From the NCBI GenBank assembly GCA_000388065.2, contig KB932202.1: 64,000 nt of DNA; one strand, given 5' to 3'. The notes below the pieces were generated by a model. It did no database searches. It was given only the letters and a program-made list of their open reading frames with translations, and was not told the origin of the DNA. Shown here piece after piece: positions 31,451 through 45,053 of the stretch; the first letter of the stretch is position 1; each line of letters starts with the position of its first letter. The position numbers were made by a program, and so were the translations under genes. This DNA comes from Fonticula alba ATCC 38817. Lineage: Eukaryota > Protista > Nucleariida.

Positions 31451-34400
31451 GGTCGGGGGCGGGGACGTGCGGAGGCGCTCGAGAGACTGGGGGAGCGGCC
31501 TGATAGGTGCAGAGGGCCAAAGCAGAGAGGAGGGGGAGGGAGGAGGAGGAGGGAGAGGCGAGGGAGAGGGGAGGGAGAGGGGAGGGAGAAAGGCGCGAAG
31601 GATGTACATCGGGGAAAGGGGCGAGAGAGGGAACATAGTTAGGGCTGAGGGTGCCCCAGGCAGGGAGGTGCTACCTGAATCGAGTGGGCTTGGCATCGAA
31701 TGTGGGTGCCGGAGGAGGGCGCAGAGGGGACAGACTCGCCACCTGCCCTCTCCTCCGGCTGTTGACCGCCCCCCGTCCCGGCCGGTGTCTGGGGCCCGCT
31801 GGCCGGCGCGTGCCTGGGGTTCGGGGCGCCATATTCAGCCATCGGGGAGATCTGCGCGCGCTTTTCGTCCCCAGTGCCGGTGAAAGCGCGCCAAAAAAAG
31901 GTGGGTGTCGAAAAATGCGCGCTCGTTGCCCCGCCCCAGGGTCGGCCCGCGAGGGGGGGGGGGGGGGGGGGGGGGGGCACAAGCGGGGGCCGATCGCCAG
32001 TTGGCCGGAACAGGACGTGGTAGGGGCCATGGAGTCGCAGGCCAATGGCAGCAGCCGTGAGACGCGCGACCCTCGAGCCAGGCAGGAAGAGGAAGATAGC
32101 GCCAGGTGTGCATGCGCTTCGGCATTCACTCTTTGGACTTGGGTGAGAAAGGGCGAGGGAGCCCATCCGGGGCTCGGGGCGATATGGCGGCAGCCNNNNN
32201 NNNNNNNNNNNNNNNNNNNAGAGGTGACGGGGGGGGGGGGGGGGGGGACCCCCTGCACGCGGTTTGCGCGCAGGGGGAAGGGAGCATCGTTTGTGAGCCC
32301 CCCACCTCGGCCGCACATCGGACACAAGCAGCGTCTAGTCTGTGCAGGCGGCCCCGCGAAGCACATACTCGTCTGCTGGTGGGGGCGGGCATGAAGCTGC
32401 TGAGCCCTGATCCGCCTCTACTGGGGGGAAAGCCCTCAGTCGGTCCGAGGATGGAACTGGCGCGTCGCAAGGTCCAGCGGGCGGACGGGAAAATCTAGGG
32501 CACATGAACGCCCCTCCGGCACGATCAGTTGGGAGTCGGGAGGCTATCGGCCTGTTTGCCCTCCCATGCCGCGACCCACAAAGAGGCGCGAGTATATGGA
32601 CATCGAATAGAAAGTAGGGATTTACAAGATCACCCGCCGTGACTTCTCTCTGCGGTACATGCGCGGACGGCAGGGGAACTTCCACTCGCCAGATCCACGA
32701 CTAACAGCTGCTCCCGGGCAAGGGGCTGTCCCTGCGAAATGTGCCGGGGGGGAGGGGGCGCCTCACGCCCCGGAACCAGGCCGGACGCCTGAACGCCGGA
32801 GGGCATCTAGACTCCTGGCGAATGCATCGCCCCCCCCCCCCCCCCGGCCACTGTGGGGTCCGAAGGAGCGCCCCAGCGGTCGGCCCCCAGGCGCACCCCT
32901 CTCCCTCCTGCCGGCGGCCTCAAGTGTTGCCCGTTGCCCGTCGCCCGACCAGGGGCCGGGGAGAAACCCTGGGGACAAGTGGGAAACGGCGCGTTACTCG
33001 GCTTCGCCCCTTGTCCCTTGTCCTTCCTCCGGCGGGTCGCCCGTGTGCATAGGGCCCTTGAGGAATCTGTGTCGCCTGGGCTCTCCCCCACCCCTCCTGT
33101 GGCGGAGCCGCCGGCGCACCCGAGCTCGGAGCCGCCTTGCCAGCTGTGTGAGCACCTGGCTCTGCGGCCGCGGGCGGCCCCCGCTCGTGCCAACCTTGTT
33201 TTGATCAGTAGGCCATCGGGAAGGGAGTCCCACGATGGACCGTGCGTGTGTGCGCGCGCGCGCGCGCGCGCGCACGAACCGGGCCCCTGTCTGAAGCACC
33301 GGGGGCGTTCCTGGCAAACGCCCCCGGCGTCTGCCCACCCTAGGGAAGCAATGAAATAGGGCCATTCTGCTGGCCCAGAGTAACAACATAATCCATAATA
33401 GCATCGGTCACAAACTGCACTCTAGGGAGTGCAATTCCCCTCCTGTAAATATCTTTCACCGGGCAATTGCATTTTCTGAAACCAGGTTGCTGTCGGGCGT
33501 GCTTCCCCGCCCTCCCCCCCCCCCGGAGTCGCCGCCCCTGANNNNNNNNNNNNNNNNNNNNNNNNNNNNNNNNNNNNNNNNNNNNNNNNNNNNNNNNNNN
33601 NNNNNNNNNNNNNNNNNNNNNNNNNNNNNNNNNNNNNNNNNNNNNNNNNNNNNNNNNNNNNNNNNNNNNNNNNNNNNNNNNNNNNNNNNNNNNNNNNNNN
33701 NNNNNNNNNNNNNNNNNNNNNNNNNNNNNNNNNNNNNNNNNNNNNNNNNNNNCCCCCCCCCCGGCAGATGCGAAGGCGAATCAATGTGGCATACCGCCGC
33801 CCTCCTCCGCCAGCCTCCAAGCAGCGGTCCAGACCTGGCCCCCTGCTTGGCCAAGGGTGCCGCCCGCCCGCGCGCCTTTTCAGAAATAGCACACGCGCGG
33901 CAAAAACTCCGCCCTTGCAGGCAGGTTCCCGCCCATTCTCGCCCTGGCGTGCCCCCCCCCCCCCCCCGCGTGTCCCTGGTCGGACACGTTTCCCCGGTGC
34001 CCTGTGGCGCTCTCGCTCTCGCGCTGGAGGGTTTCCGTGTGGACGCACCTGTGGCGCATGCGCGCGGGGGCCAGGTTATCGTGAACCCCGGGCTACACCT
34101 GGACTTCCAGATGCCCCGGTTCACGCGGGTTTCCGCAGGCATTCTCCTTTTGTGTGCTCCACCGGGCACGCAGGTTATGTCAACTGGCTACGGGTGCGTG
34201 TGCGGCGGGGGGGGGGTCAACGTCGGTGGCCCGGACGACAACCACCTGTGGCCGACAGCAATTAAGCGCGGTTGACGAAACCACGCAACGTCATTATCCA
34301 ACGGCGTGATCAGACCCTAAACAGACCCACGTTGGCCTCCGAGGCCCGCTGCCCCGGGCGCCGGGGTGTATCACATGGTCTGAATATTGCGAGCATGCAG

Positions 34401-35454
34401 CCGGATCTATCTCATGGCGCCCGAAGCGATGCCACGGAATTGGGACAAGCGGGGCCTGGGAGCTCCCTTTCTGGTCCACCCCCAGCAGAGGGCGCCGCCG
34501 TCGCCGGGTCCAGGCGTGAACTGGCCGAAAGCCAACACACATCCAAGGTCCGCGACAGTGGCCTTGGTCCCCTGTGTCGAGGGCCGCTGCTGAGTGTGGT
34601 GCCCTGGTGCCGACAGTTCGAAGCAGGCGCCTTCGATTTTCGGGGCCACCTGTTGTAGAAGATCTCGCCCTTACTCGCGGACACCTGACATCGCCAATGG
34701 GCGGTTTGCACAAGACAGGGGGCACCACGCCACAGTCTAGCTTGATTCTTCCACATATCGCATAGTCCCCGCCGGCTACGATACTCCCCTCCTTCTTCGA
34801 TATGGCCCTTCGGCTGGAGGGTGCCGCCGGGTTGCCGGTCTTCATCGCAGCTGCGTTTTTTTCTCGCCATAAGCCGTTTCGACATCCACCGATGTGCCTC
34901 GGTGGCTGGTCATCGAGGCAACTGGTCTGCCTGGGAATTGGTTTGGGTGTGATTGCCGGCAGGTCAATCCATCGCATTTACTTTCTTCCTTGGCCGGGGC
35001 GTGGACCTCGGGCGTGGGTTGTCCCTTGTCCTGCCCTGCTCTGGTGGCTGGTGCTGCGCAGGGGGAGCCAGCGACATTTATGCACCTCATCTTCGGTTCC
35101 TCAGCGTGGGGACACCCTTCAAGGCACCATGCCCGAGGTGCAGCTCTCCCTGCCACATCGGCGCCTGCCTGCGCGCCGGATCGTCCTTGTGCCGATGCCT
35201 GTCCAATGGAGGTGGGGTAGCATGGTGCAGAGGGCTACAGCGAGAGGAAGGTAGCTTTGACATCCAAATATCTTACGACACGGAGGGATGCTGGTGCTTC
35301 TTCGTCACAGATGCCCCAAGGTCCATTTGGTGGATACCGCAAAAGGAAAGACCGCACAAAATAGCAACGCCAGCTCCGATGGTCCCTTGTTGGCCGTGGT
35401 CGAGCTGAAGAGTGGCGCCTTCGGGAATTGGTCCGGAGATCCTTTGCATCTTTG

Positions 35455-35500
<46 letters not shown>

Positions 35501-36763
35501 CCCCCTCGCTTTCTCCAACCCTCGAAGCGAGCCTCTCTGGGCGGAGCTCGCATACCGGATCGATCTGGGGAAATTTCCGAGAGGACACGCCCGCGTCCCA
35601 TCCGCCATGACACCTATCTTCTTGAAGCTTTTGGCGAGGCTGACTTCCCCTGCCCATAGACGCGAGGGAGGTCCATTAGCGGGAGTCAGTTCATGCGTTG
35701 CTTTGCGCGTGGAGGCTTTCACCTGTTCGCCAACTGCATGCTCGCAGGTCGGGATATCATCGGCGTTGTTTCTTTTTGAGGCCCCATTGCACAGGCAATA
35801 GTTCTAGAGGCCGATCGAAATCCTCGAAGGGAGAAGGTTTCCGGGGCTGGCCACTGCAGGCAGCAATTCATGCCAGAGCCCCACAAAAGTGCAGCCAGTG
35901 GCATCTCGAAGCCTATCAGAGGTTGCCTGGCCTCTCCAATGTTGTGGAGTTTTTAGATGGGGAAAAAGCAAAACAGCACAACCAGCCAACTCCCCTCAGA
36001 TCGCCTGCCAGAAGAGAATTCACGGAGGTCACATCACGGCAAGGCTTCTCGGCCACACAGTCGGGGAGGTCCCGCCGAATACCTCTGGCGAGGCGGTCTC
36101 CAGCAGCGACGGTAGGATCAAGGCCCGAGAACCTTCTGGGACTGGGCAGGGAATGACACACGTGGCGGCCACCCAGCAAGAGGGCCTCTGTCCGAAGGTA
36201 TCCTTTGCCGATTCGTCCAAAGCCCACAGGGAGCATGGTCTTGGGCCCATTCCTCCGGGGGATCACAGACGACGCCCACCCTGTCCGCCTGCCGAGTCTT
36301 CTGGCACAGTGGCCGCCGTGGTCTCCCTGTCGATGGATTCGAAGCGAGATCCCCTGTGATGATGGGTCCTGTCAACAATCTTGCCTTCCGGGATTCCATC
36401 GGCGACTCTTCTCCCCTCCGCAAACCAGGAGGGACAGTGGTAGGCACATGGCGAGGACAAGGTACTCTCTTGAAGTGTACCCTTCTGCGAAAAGCCCCCG
36501 CATGAATAGGCGGAGGAGGTGGTGGCGAAGGAGAATGGCATCACTCTCCTTTTGATGCTCGAGCTTTGAGCGACTCGATTCCCGGCTACAAGGGCTTCGG
36601 TGATGCCTTTCAACCCAAGCCCCATCCACTTCTCCCCTGAAGGTGGTGGCATATCTCTAAGGCCGCCCGAGAGCGTGATCCCGAGCACCAAAATGCGGTC
36701 TTGGGCTCGAAATAGCCGCGGACTGGCACCGAGAAGTGCTCATTGACCAGAATCTACCTATCG

Positions 36764-36787
36764 AAAACACCTAGACAGCGGTGTTTT
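36764..36787. repeat. 8-bp inverted repeat AAAACACC-tagacagc-GGTGTTTT
   Basis: Seen directly. It shares the ACACC-nnGACAnn-GGTGT core with the element at 3504-3527. Confidence 0.7.
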
Positions 36788-36919
36788 CCCAATTGTCTCC
36801 CCCCCTCTCTCTCTCTGTCTCCCTCGCTCTCGCGCGAATGCGCCCGCACTCGGCCAACCGTCAGGCTCGACGCATGGGAGCAGCAACATCGTGTGACCCG
36901 GGGAGGGTCTATCTATGGG

Positions 36920-36925
36920 TTTATT
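36920..36925 (-). terminator. Candidate polyadenylation signal AATAAA for NVL
   Basis: TTTATT on the + strand, about 120 nt past the NVL stop codon. Confidence 0.5.
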
Positions 36926-37042
36926 ATTGTTGGGGAATGGAGGAGTGCCAGGCATGATGTCGCTCCCGAGCCCGGTTTTTTGTTTCGACAAACAGTCGGC
37001 CCGGAGACGACACCAGCCAGGCAAACATCCCCATCCACCCCC

Positions 37043-40000
37043 CTACTGACAGTACTTCTTGTACATAGCCTCGTAGCGCTTCTGATCCGCTGGAGTAACC
37101 GACCGGCGGACCTTGGCCAATGAGGCGACAAAGTGCCGCATCTGCAACACCGGCGTATGGGGAACGGCCGGCGGCGCGGGAGCCACATCCTCAGTGGCGA
37201 CCCCCTCCTCCGCGGCGGTAGCCCCAGCAGATGCACCCTCGGCAGATGCAACATCGCCCTCCAGACGACGAAGAAGACCCGCCAGATGTGGATCATCGGC
37301 GGCGATGGACTCCTGCACGGCCAGCATGGCGGCCTCCTGCACCAAAGACGCGAGATCGGCGCCAGTAAAGCCATCGCACAGATCCGCCAGAGCAGACACG
37401 CTGACAACCTCGCTCGGGGGCTCGGTTGCCAGGGGAACATTGCGGAGGTGCGTTTGCAGAATGCGCTGGCGTTCCACCGCCGACGGCAGGCCCACATAGA
37501 TGAGCTTGCCCAGGCGGCCCGGGCGCATGACCGCCGGGTCAATGATGTCCGGGCGATTGGTGGCACCAATGACAAATACCCCGTTTCGCCGATCGACACC
37601 GTCCATCTCCGTAAGCAGTTGATTAACGACGCGCTCGGTGGCCGCATTGCCAGAGCCGCCCTCATTGCCAGATCGCGAGGGCGCCAGGGCGTCCAGCTCA
37701 TCGAAGAAGATGACGCACGGGGCACTGGCGCCGGCCCGCGCAAAGAGGGCACGGACCGCGCGCTCCGACTCGCCGACATACTTGTTCAGCAGCTCCGGCC
37801 CCTTGACCGAGATGAAGTTCGCGCGCGACTCGTTGGCCACGGCCTTGGCCACCAGGGTCTTACCACAGCCGGGTGGGCCATAGAGCAGCACGCCACTCGG
37901 CGTGGAGCACCGCAGGGCGCGGAACTTCTCCGGGTGCCGAATCGGCGCGATAATGGACATGTGCAGATCGCGACGAACTGCCAGGGAGGGAGGGTAATCG
38001 GGGGGTCAGGCCAGGGGTGATAGCCATGCAGGCATGTAAATATATGCCCAAGCCATTCTGTCGGTCTATGCATGCATGCATGCATATATATACATATGTG
38101 TGTGCGTGTGTGCAGCAGATGGTGGCGAGGATGGGGAACGTACCGCCCTCCAGCGCACCCACGTCCGACCAGGTGACGTTGGGGATGGTGGCAAAGCCCT
38201 CGCGCGTGCTCGATGGCTGGACCAGCTTGCGGGCCACCATGAAGTCGGCCGATGTGATCTGCTCCTGGGACCAGTCGCGCTCACCGGGGACCAGCGGGGC
38301 ACCGGTCAAAGCTGCGGTGATGGCCTCCTCGATGACGCCATCAATCGGAGCATCCCGGGTATCCGGAGTTTCCGCGATGGTCGAATCGACCACAGGTTCG
38401 GCCATCTTGCCCGTGGACGGATCCTCAGCAGCGGCAGCGGCAGCGGCAGCAGCAGCAGCCTCGGTCACAGTGTCGACAGGGGCCGGGGCAGGCGCCGCCT
38501 CCTTGCTCACACGGTCGACAATGCGACTGACGGCCGCCTGTACGGCCTCCTTCAGGAGGGCCTGCAAATCGGCCCCCACAAACCCAGGCGTATCCCGGGC
38601 CACACAGTCCAGGGCACCGGGCTCAATCGTCATGTTCCGGGCCATGGCGCGGAGGATGCTGTTGCAAGCAGCGAGAGGTTAGCGCGAAGGGCCGAGAAGG
38701 CACGATGGAGCTCGGGCATCCCTCTGCCAAATGGGGACGCACCTCTCACGGGCCTCGTCATTCGGGATGCCGACACTAATCTCCCGATCGAAGCGACCCG
38801 ATCGCCGCAGCGCCGCATCAATCGAGTCCGGCCGGTTGGTAGCACCAATGATACAGACATACTTGCCATTGGACTCCTTCCAATAGCGCTCGACCTCTGC
38901 ACCAGGTGAAAGCGGTGGGTCAGTACATGTCGGGGTCTCAGCATGTGGGGACGGGGGAGGAGGAGGGGGGGGGAAGCAGGGAGCGGGCGGGTGTGGGGCC
39001 ATATGCCCGAGGACACCCACACCGGGGGACGGGGCGTACCATCCATGCAAGTGAGCAGCTGGGCGACGATGCGGCGCTCCATCTCACGTGCGGCCTGGTT
39101 ACGCTTCGGGGCGATGGCATCGATCTCATCGATGAAAACGATGCAGGGTGCCATCCGGCGGGCCTCAGCGAAAAGCGAACGCAGGCGCTGCTCGGACTCA
39201 CCGGACACGCCGGAAATCATTTCCGGCGCAGAGACCCGGAAAAAGGGCACATCAAACTCCTGAACACGGAGGGGAGCATATTGGGTCAGGGTGGCACTGT
39301 GCAGAAAAAAGAGAGAGAGGTCAGAGGGAGGGGCATTCCGAGTGTACGTACGCCGCCAATCGCATGAGCAAGCATGGTCTTACCACAGCCAGGCGGGCCG
39401 TGGAGCAGCAGACCACTGGAAAAGGGAGGGGGGGAGGAGCAGGAGCGGGGGCCAGGGGAAGATTCAGTCAGCAGGCGGTCATAGATAGCGCCATGTGCCG
39501 GGCACCAGACACGTACGAAGCGGGCGAGCCGCCAAGATGCGCGTAAAGGGAGCCAAAGCGCAGGGGGAACTCGATGAACTCGCGCACGCGCTGAATGTCA
39601 ATCCACCCCCATCATGATGAGGGGATGGGCCACGGCATAGGTTCGGGGCAAAGGCCCGTTAGATGGGCAGATGGTATTCCGGGCGGGAAGAGGGCAGTGG
39701 AAGAGGGAAGTAGGAGCGGGGCGAGGGGATTTCGCGCGGGTAAAGGATGGACGAACCTGGAGGTTTTGATCGATGCCACCGATGTCACTGAACCGGAGGG
39801 TGGGGCGCTCTGATAGGAAGCTCATCGGCACCGAGGCCGGGGCTCCGTCGGGCCCGGGGAGGCCGCCCATATCGCGAGCAGAGCCCGTTTGCCCGGGTGC
39901 CGGCCGGCGCTTGAGGCGCTTCTTCGGGGTTGGCTGCGCATCATCGCGCGAGGGAGTCCCGTCGGCGGGGGTCGTGCCGGTAGGCTGCTCGGCATCGGGA

Positions 40001-40313
40001 GCCGCCGTCTCACGGGGACGCTTGGCAGGCTCGCTCGAGCTGGCGGAGTCGGCCAGTGGGGTGTCATCGGCCTCCAAGCTGCTCATGTCCTCCTCTGGGG
40101 AGGATGTGTCGGCCGTCAGCTTCCAAGTGAAGAGCGCCGTCACAGGGGTATCCTCCAGGGGGTTCTGGGATCCGTAGACTTCCAGCCTCTCCATGTAGTC
40201 AATGGCTATGAGGAGGAGGCGAGGCAGGGAGTTGTCAGCGAGGGAGCATGGTCCGGGGGGCATCTCGTGGTGCGGATGTGGAGGCCATATACAAGTATGT
40301 GCATGTATGTGTA

Positions 40314-40346
<33 letters not shown>

Positions 40347-40681
40347 ATGTATGTGTGTGTGTGTGTGTGTGTGTGTGCGTGCGTGTGTGGAGTCGTCCAT
40401 GGGGTCGCACCTTTCCCAAGCTCTTGCATCACGGTGGCCGGGCGGAAGTTCTTGAAAACGTTGAGATCCTTGACGACATGGTCGTACATGCGCTGGGTCG
40501 CATCGGCTGGAGCCCGGCGCTGACCATCTGGGGTGTGAATTACCCGCAGGCGGATCAGATCATGCACGTCGGGGCCGAGAGAGGAGATCCGCTTGGCCAG
40601 AGTGGAGGCGATCATAGACGGTGGCTTCGGGGGTGCGTCCGAGCCGCTGCTCGGGGAGCCGGTGGCAGGCGTCTGCGACAT
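37043..40681 (-). CDS. NVL: Ribosome-biogenesis AAA+ ATPase NVL/Rix7 (multi-exon)
   Basis: D1: [63 protein letters not shown]2: [57 protein letters not shown]. These fit NVL rather than p97. Confidence 0.94.
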
Positions 40682-40778
40682 TGTGCGGGGAGGCGGGGAG
40701 GGGAAGGAGTGTCCGCGCGTAGCCAAGTGCAGGTCGGAGGTGTATGTGTGTGTTTTCGGGGGTGGCGAAGAGCGGCAA

Positions 40779-40814
<36 letters not shown>

Positions 40815-43249
40815 GGGGGCGGGTGTGTGCTGGGGTGGGGGTGGTGGTGGGGGGGGTGGGGGTGGGGGGGGCGGGGGGGGGGCGAGAGGGGGGGGGGGGG
40901 AGAGGGGGGGGGGGGAAGGCTGGCAGCGGACCCCCGGTTCGAGTAGCCAGCCCCCTGTCTGAAAAGGAAAAAGCAACCGACAGGGCAACCAAGGGGACGG
41001 AGGCCGGCGAGCGGCATGATCGCCCGAGGATTTCCGGATGCTGGGTCGGGGGACTGGTCAAGAGAACCTCCGGCGCCCTCGGGCGGCGGGAGATTTTTAC
41101 CCATTACGTCGCGCGTCCCGGGACGGGCGCGGGTGGGGATGGAGTGGGGCTGCATGGCGCAGAGGCTCGTGCACGGACATCACGTTTCGGGGCGTGATCA
41201 GAAGGAAGACACGGGAGAGGGGCGGCTGGAATTCGCCCAACCTCCCAGTTCCCACCGGTCCCGCGCATGGGCGAGGGAGAACGCGGCGTTGCCCGGCCGC
41301 GGATTACTGGCTGGATGTACGGGCGCGGGTCAGCTTGTAGGTGGGCGGGTGTGGGCTCGGGCGCAGGCATGCATCTATGTGTGGTGTGTGGATTGTTGGG
41401 GGGCGTGTGGTTCGATGTGCCGGTGGGCTGGCGCATGCGGCCTTCGTGCCGCTAATGTTTGTTTCCGAAGCCATGGAAGGCGCTGGCCCCGTTCCCCCCT
41501 CTACCCCGGGGGGGGGGGGGGGGTCCGGGGTGCGGGGAGAACAGGGGGACCTCGCGCCTCGAGCGGCCGAAAAGCCTCCCTGTTTGGAGTTCGATCATTT
41601 CCCCGCCGCGAGCCGGCCGCCTACGCATATATATGTGCGTGTGTGTGTGTGTGTGTGTGTGTATGTTGGTGCATCTTCGTGAGGGTCGTCCCCCCTCTGG
41701 CAAGAGGGAGGGAGATCCTCCAGGTGCATTCCAGCCATGGCTGGCAGTCGGGGGGGGAGGGGGGTATGATTCTCCGCCAGGCCTTTCCGGTCGGAAGGTA
41801 CTCTTATTGCTTCTGCATCATTTCAAGCCCATTTGCACGTCCCCCCCCCCTCCCCTCCCCCAGCGTGGGTTTGGGTGGCGAGGCCCAGCTTTTGTGCTCC
41901 AGCCCGGCGGCGGAAGGGCCAAAGAGCCATGTACTCTCGCCCACGTCGTGTCAAAGGAAAGTCGGCTCCCCCAGGCAGGGCCTTTCCGTTGGGGCCCAAT
42001 CGGCGGGGGCGGGACACGGGCTTCCCCGGCTCACGGCCCCTCAGCCTGGGGCGCGGGGAGGGGGGGGGGGGGGGGGGGCGCAAGCGGCCGCCGATAGAGC
42101 CCCGCATTCCCAAAGGGGCCGGAAGACACCCTGGGCGTGACGGCTTCTCCTGGTGTGTTTGTGTCATTCATTTCCGGGATTTTGCCGGCCGCCCGAGGCG
42201 CCGCGGGCGTTATTGGGACTCGGCGAGCCCGGGGGGGCCGGGGGGGGCGGGGTGGGGCGCAGCGCGATCGGGGTCGCACCAACTGACGAGAGGCACAGCA
42301 TCCGCCCGACGAGCCCTGCGTTATTTCCCCCAGCCCCTCCCCGGATCTCCAGCGGGCCACGTTACGCCTGTCTGTAACAGAGGCACCGGTGTGTGGTCTC
42401 TCTTTTCCTGGACCGGCCGGCAGGGGGAAGGCCCTGGCCCCGTCCTCCCGCGGGAGGGACTTCCCGGGTACCGTGTTTGTCCCGTCTTCCAGGCACCGGA
42501 GCTCCGGTGCTGGGCCCCGGGCAGATATACATGCATTTCTGCCCACACTGCCCATTTCCCACTCCGCACTCACCCCGGCGCGCGCACGCACGCACGCACG
42601 CACCTATGTGCACACACACACACACACGCACAGGTACGTCCTCCCGGCGGGTGCCGTCTGTCGTGCTCCACCCACGCACACAATGGCTGGCCAACCACCG
42701 GAGTGCTTCAAGCCATTCCCTGGCCGACACCCAGGCGAGCAGGCGCGCCCCTCGGCAGGCGGTTGTCGGAGTCCTCCCCGCGCACCTGGTCCCTTGCTCG
42801 CCCCTGTAACGTGCGCACGCCGCCCTCCGGGGGGGGGGGGGGGGGGAGAGAGGGGTTGTTTTCCCCAGCGCCCGTCGATAATCGGGCTGATCGCTTTCCC
42901 GGCCCCCAGACCAGGGGTATAGTCGTTTGATGATGGCAGGCCGACCTCACGCTCCCTGGTGCCAGCCACTCCCCCGAGGAGAGGCCAGGCTCTTCTCGAC
43001 CCGCAGAGCTGGCCTTCCCCCAACCTGGAAATCGCCACCATATTCTCGTGCGATCTGCGCCTCCCCTCTCTCCCTCCGCCCTCCCCCTTCGCCCCTCTTC
43101 CCCACCTCTCCCCCCCCCTCCACACACCTCGCCTCGCCTCTCCTCGCCCGCCGCTCCGCTTGCCTCGCCGGCCGATCGTTCGTACCTGCTCGCCTCTTGC
43201 CACCTCGCGATCTGCGGAGCATCCTTCTCCTCGCTCCCCAGACGCCACC

Positions 43250-44752
43250 ATGTTCGGGCAGTCGGCCGGTGCCGGCAGCCTCGGCACCCAGTCGATGAAG
43301 CTACGCAATACCTTCGGCACGGTGCAAAACCGCGAGACCTATGAAGGCCTGCGCGTGTCCCTTTCCACCGGGTCATACATTCGGGTGCGCCACGGTTCGC
43401 CCCTTTCCTCCTCCCCCTACTTGTCCACCAGGCTTGCATATGTCCCCTGCACAAGGCTGACATCCACCTGGCTTTCCATTCTCACCCGTTCCCACTGTCA
43501 CCATCATCCCGATCGTCGCCATCGCCCTTGCCGTCACCACTTCGTGTCGCCAGTGCAACGATCGCTTCTTTGGTGTTCCCTGGGTGGTTGGCTCCGTGGC
43601 CTCCGGCTCGATTACTGGCAACCTGGCTATCTTCCCGATTGGCAAGCATGGCAAGGCCGATCTTGACCGCGGCTTCATTGAGGGTGCGTTGTCATCCCTT
43701 TTATCCTCTCCCCCCCCCCTGCCTCCCCCTCGGCCTCTCTGGCATCCACTCATGCATGTGCACGCATCTACGTCACTCCGTTTGATCCCTCCTCAATCCC
43801 CCTCCTCTCCACGCATCTAGCTTCCAGCCAGCAGCTCCTGGATTTCGACTTTTACAAGTTCGAGTCGAACATTGTGGCCACCGCCACGCGTGACGGCCTC
43901 GTCAAGGTTCGCCCCCCCCCGCCCCATGCCTCTGTTCTCCGTCCCTCCTCTGGAAGGATGTCCATCTCACCCTCCCTCTCTGCTTTAGGTCTTCCGCTTC
44001 CCCGAGGACGGTGTCCTCGAGGGGAATGCCACCGTGGCCGACAGCTACCTGGCCGGTCATGAGAAGAAGGTTGATCATGTCCGGTTTCACCCGTCGGCCA
44101 CGGATCTGCTGCTCAGTGCCTCAAGGTGTGTAGCGCGACGCAGGAGCACGCATCCGCATAGTCTCCAGGCGCCTCCATCTGCTTGCCGCGACGCCTTCCC
44201 CCTCTTACCCATACTGACGTCCCCCTCCCCTTCTCCTCCCTCCCTCCCTCCCTCTCCCTCTCTGACGCACACCAGTGACCAAACTGTGCGCCTCTGGGAC
44301 TTCCGTTCAATGCAGGAGGTTGTGACCCTCAGCGATCCCGAGACAACGGCCCAGGACATTTACTGGTCGCCGCATGGATCGGTCGTCTTGCAGACGGGTC
44401 GCGATGGTTCCATCTCCATGTTTGATCCGCGAGCTCAGACCACACCGGTGCTGGTATGTCGCTCTATCTGCCTGTTTATCCGCCGGCCCAGCCCATCTAT
44501 CCTTCCCTCTTTCGGGATCCTTCTAACCCATCTACCCCCCCCCCCCCCCCCCCCCCCCGCCCCCCAATCATTAGCGCCATGTAATGCAGGACTTTGCCAC
44601 ATCTCGCGCCCTGAGTGCGGCCTTCCTCAACTATGATGGCTACGATCTCGTAGTGTCTGGCTTTGCCTAGTACGTCGCCTGTCTTGCTGCTTGCCCGGTT
44701 GCTTGTATTGTTGCCTTCTTTCTTGAGCTTTCTCTCCCTCTGCCCACATGCA

Positions 44753-44786
<34 letters not shown>

Positions 44787-44976
44787 TGCTGGCCTGTCTG
44801 ATGCTGACCACTTTTCCAAAACATACAGCCGGAGCAGTGATCGTCGTCTGGCCCTCTGGGATGCCCGGTCAATGAAGGACGCCTCAGGCTCGACGTCGCT
44901 CGGCTCAGGATCCAGCCCCCCCGAGGTGCACATTGACCAGTCCATCCAGGCTCTCTACGTGTCGGCCAAGGTGCGT

Positions 44977-45016
<40 letters not shown>

Positions 45017-45021
45017 TCCCT

Positions 45022-45053
<32 letters not shown>

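Noticed and set aside
34314-34322. ACCCTAAAC, a possible telomerase template
   Set aside because: It is a single short word with no supporting structure recognisable by eye, and is expected by chance.
36044-36054. GCTTCTCGGCC, matching the U2 snRNA 5' region
   Set aside because: The match ends after 11 nt, with no branch-pairing GTAGTA or Sm site.
31450-37000. A Harbinger DDE transposase next to the Myb/SANT gene
   Set aside because: No ORF or remnant with DDE/HARBI1 motifs is recognisable in any frame.
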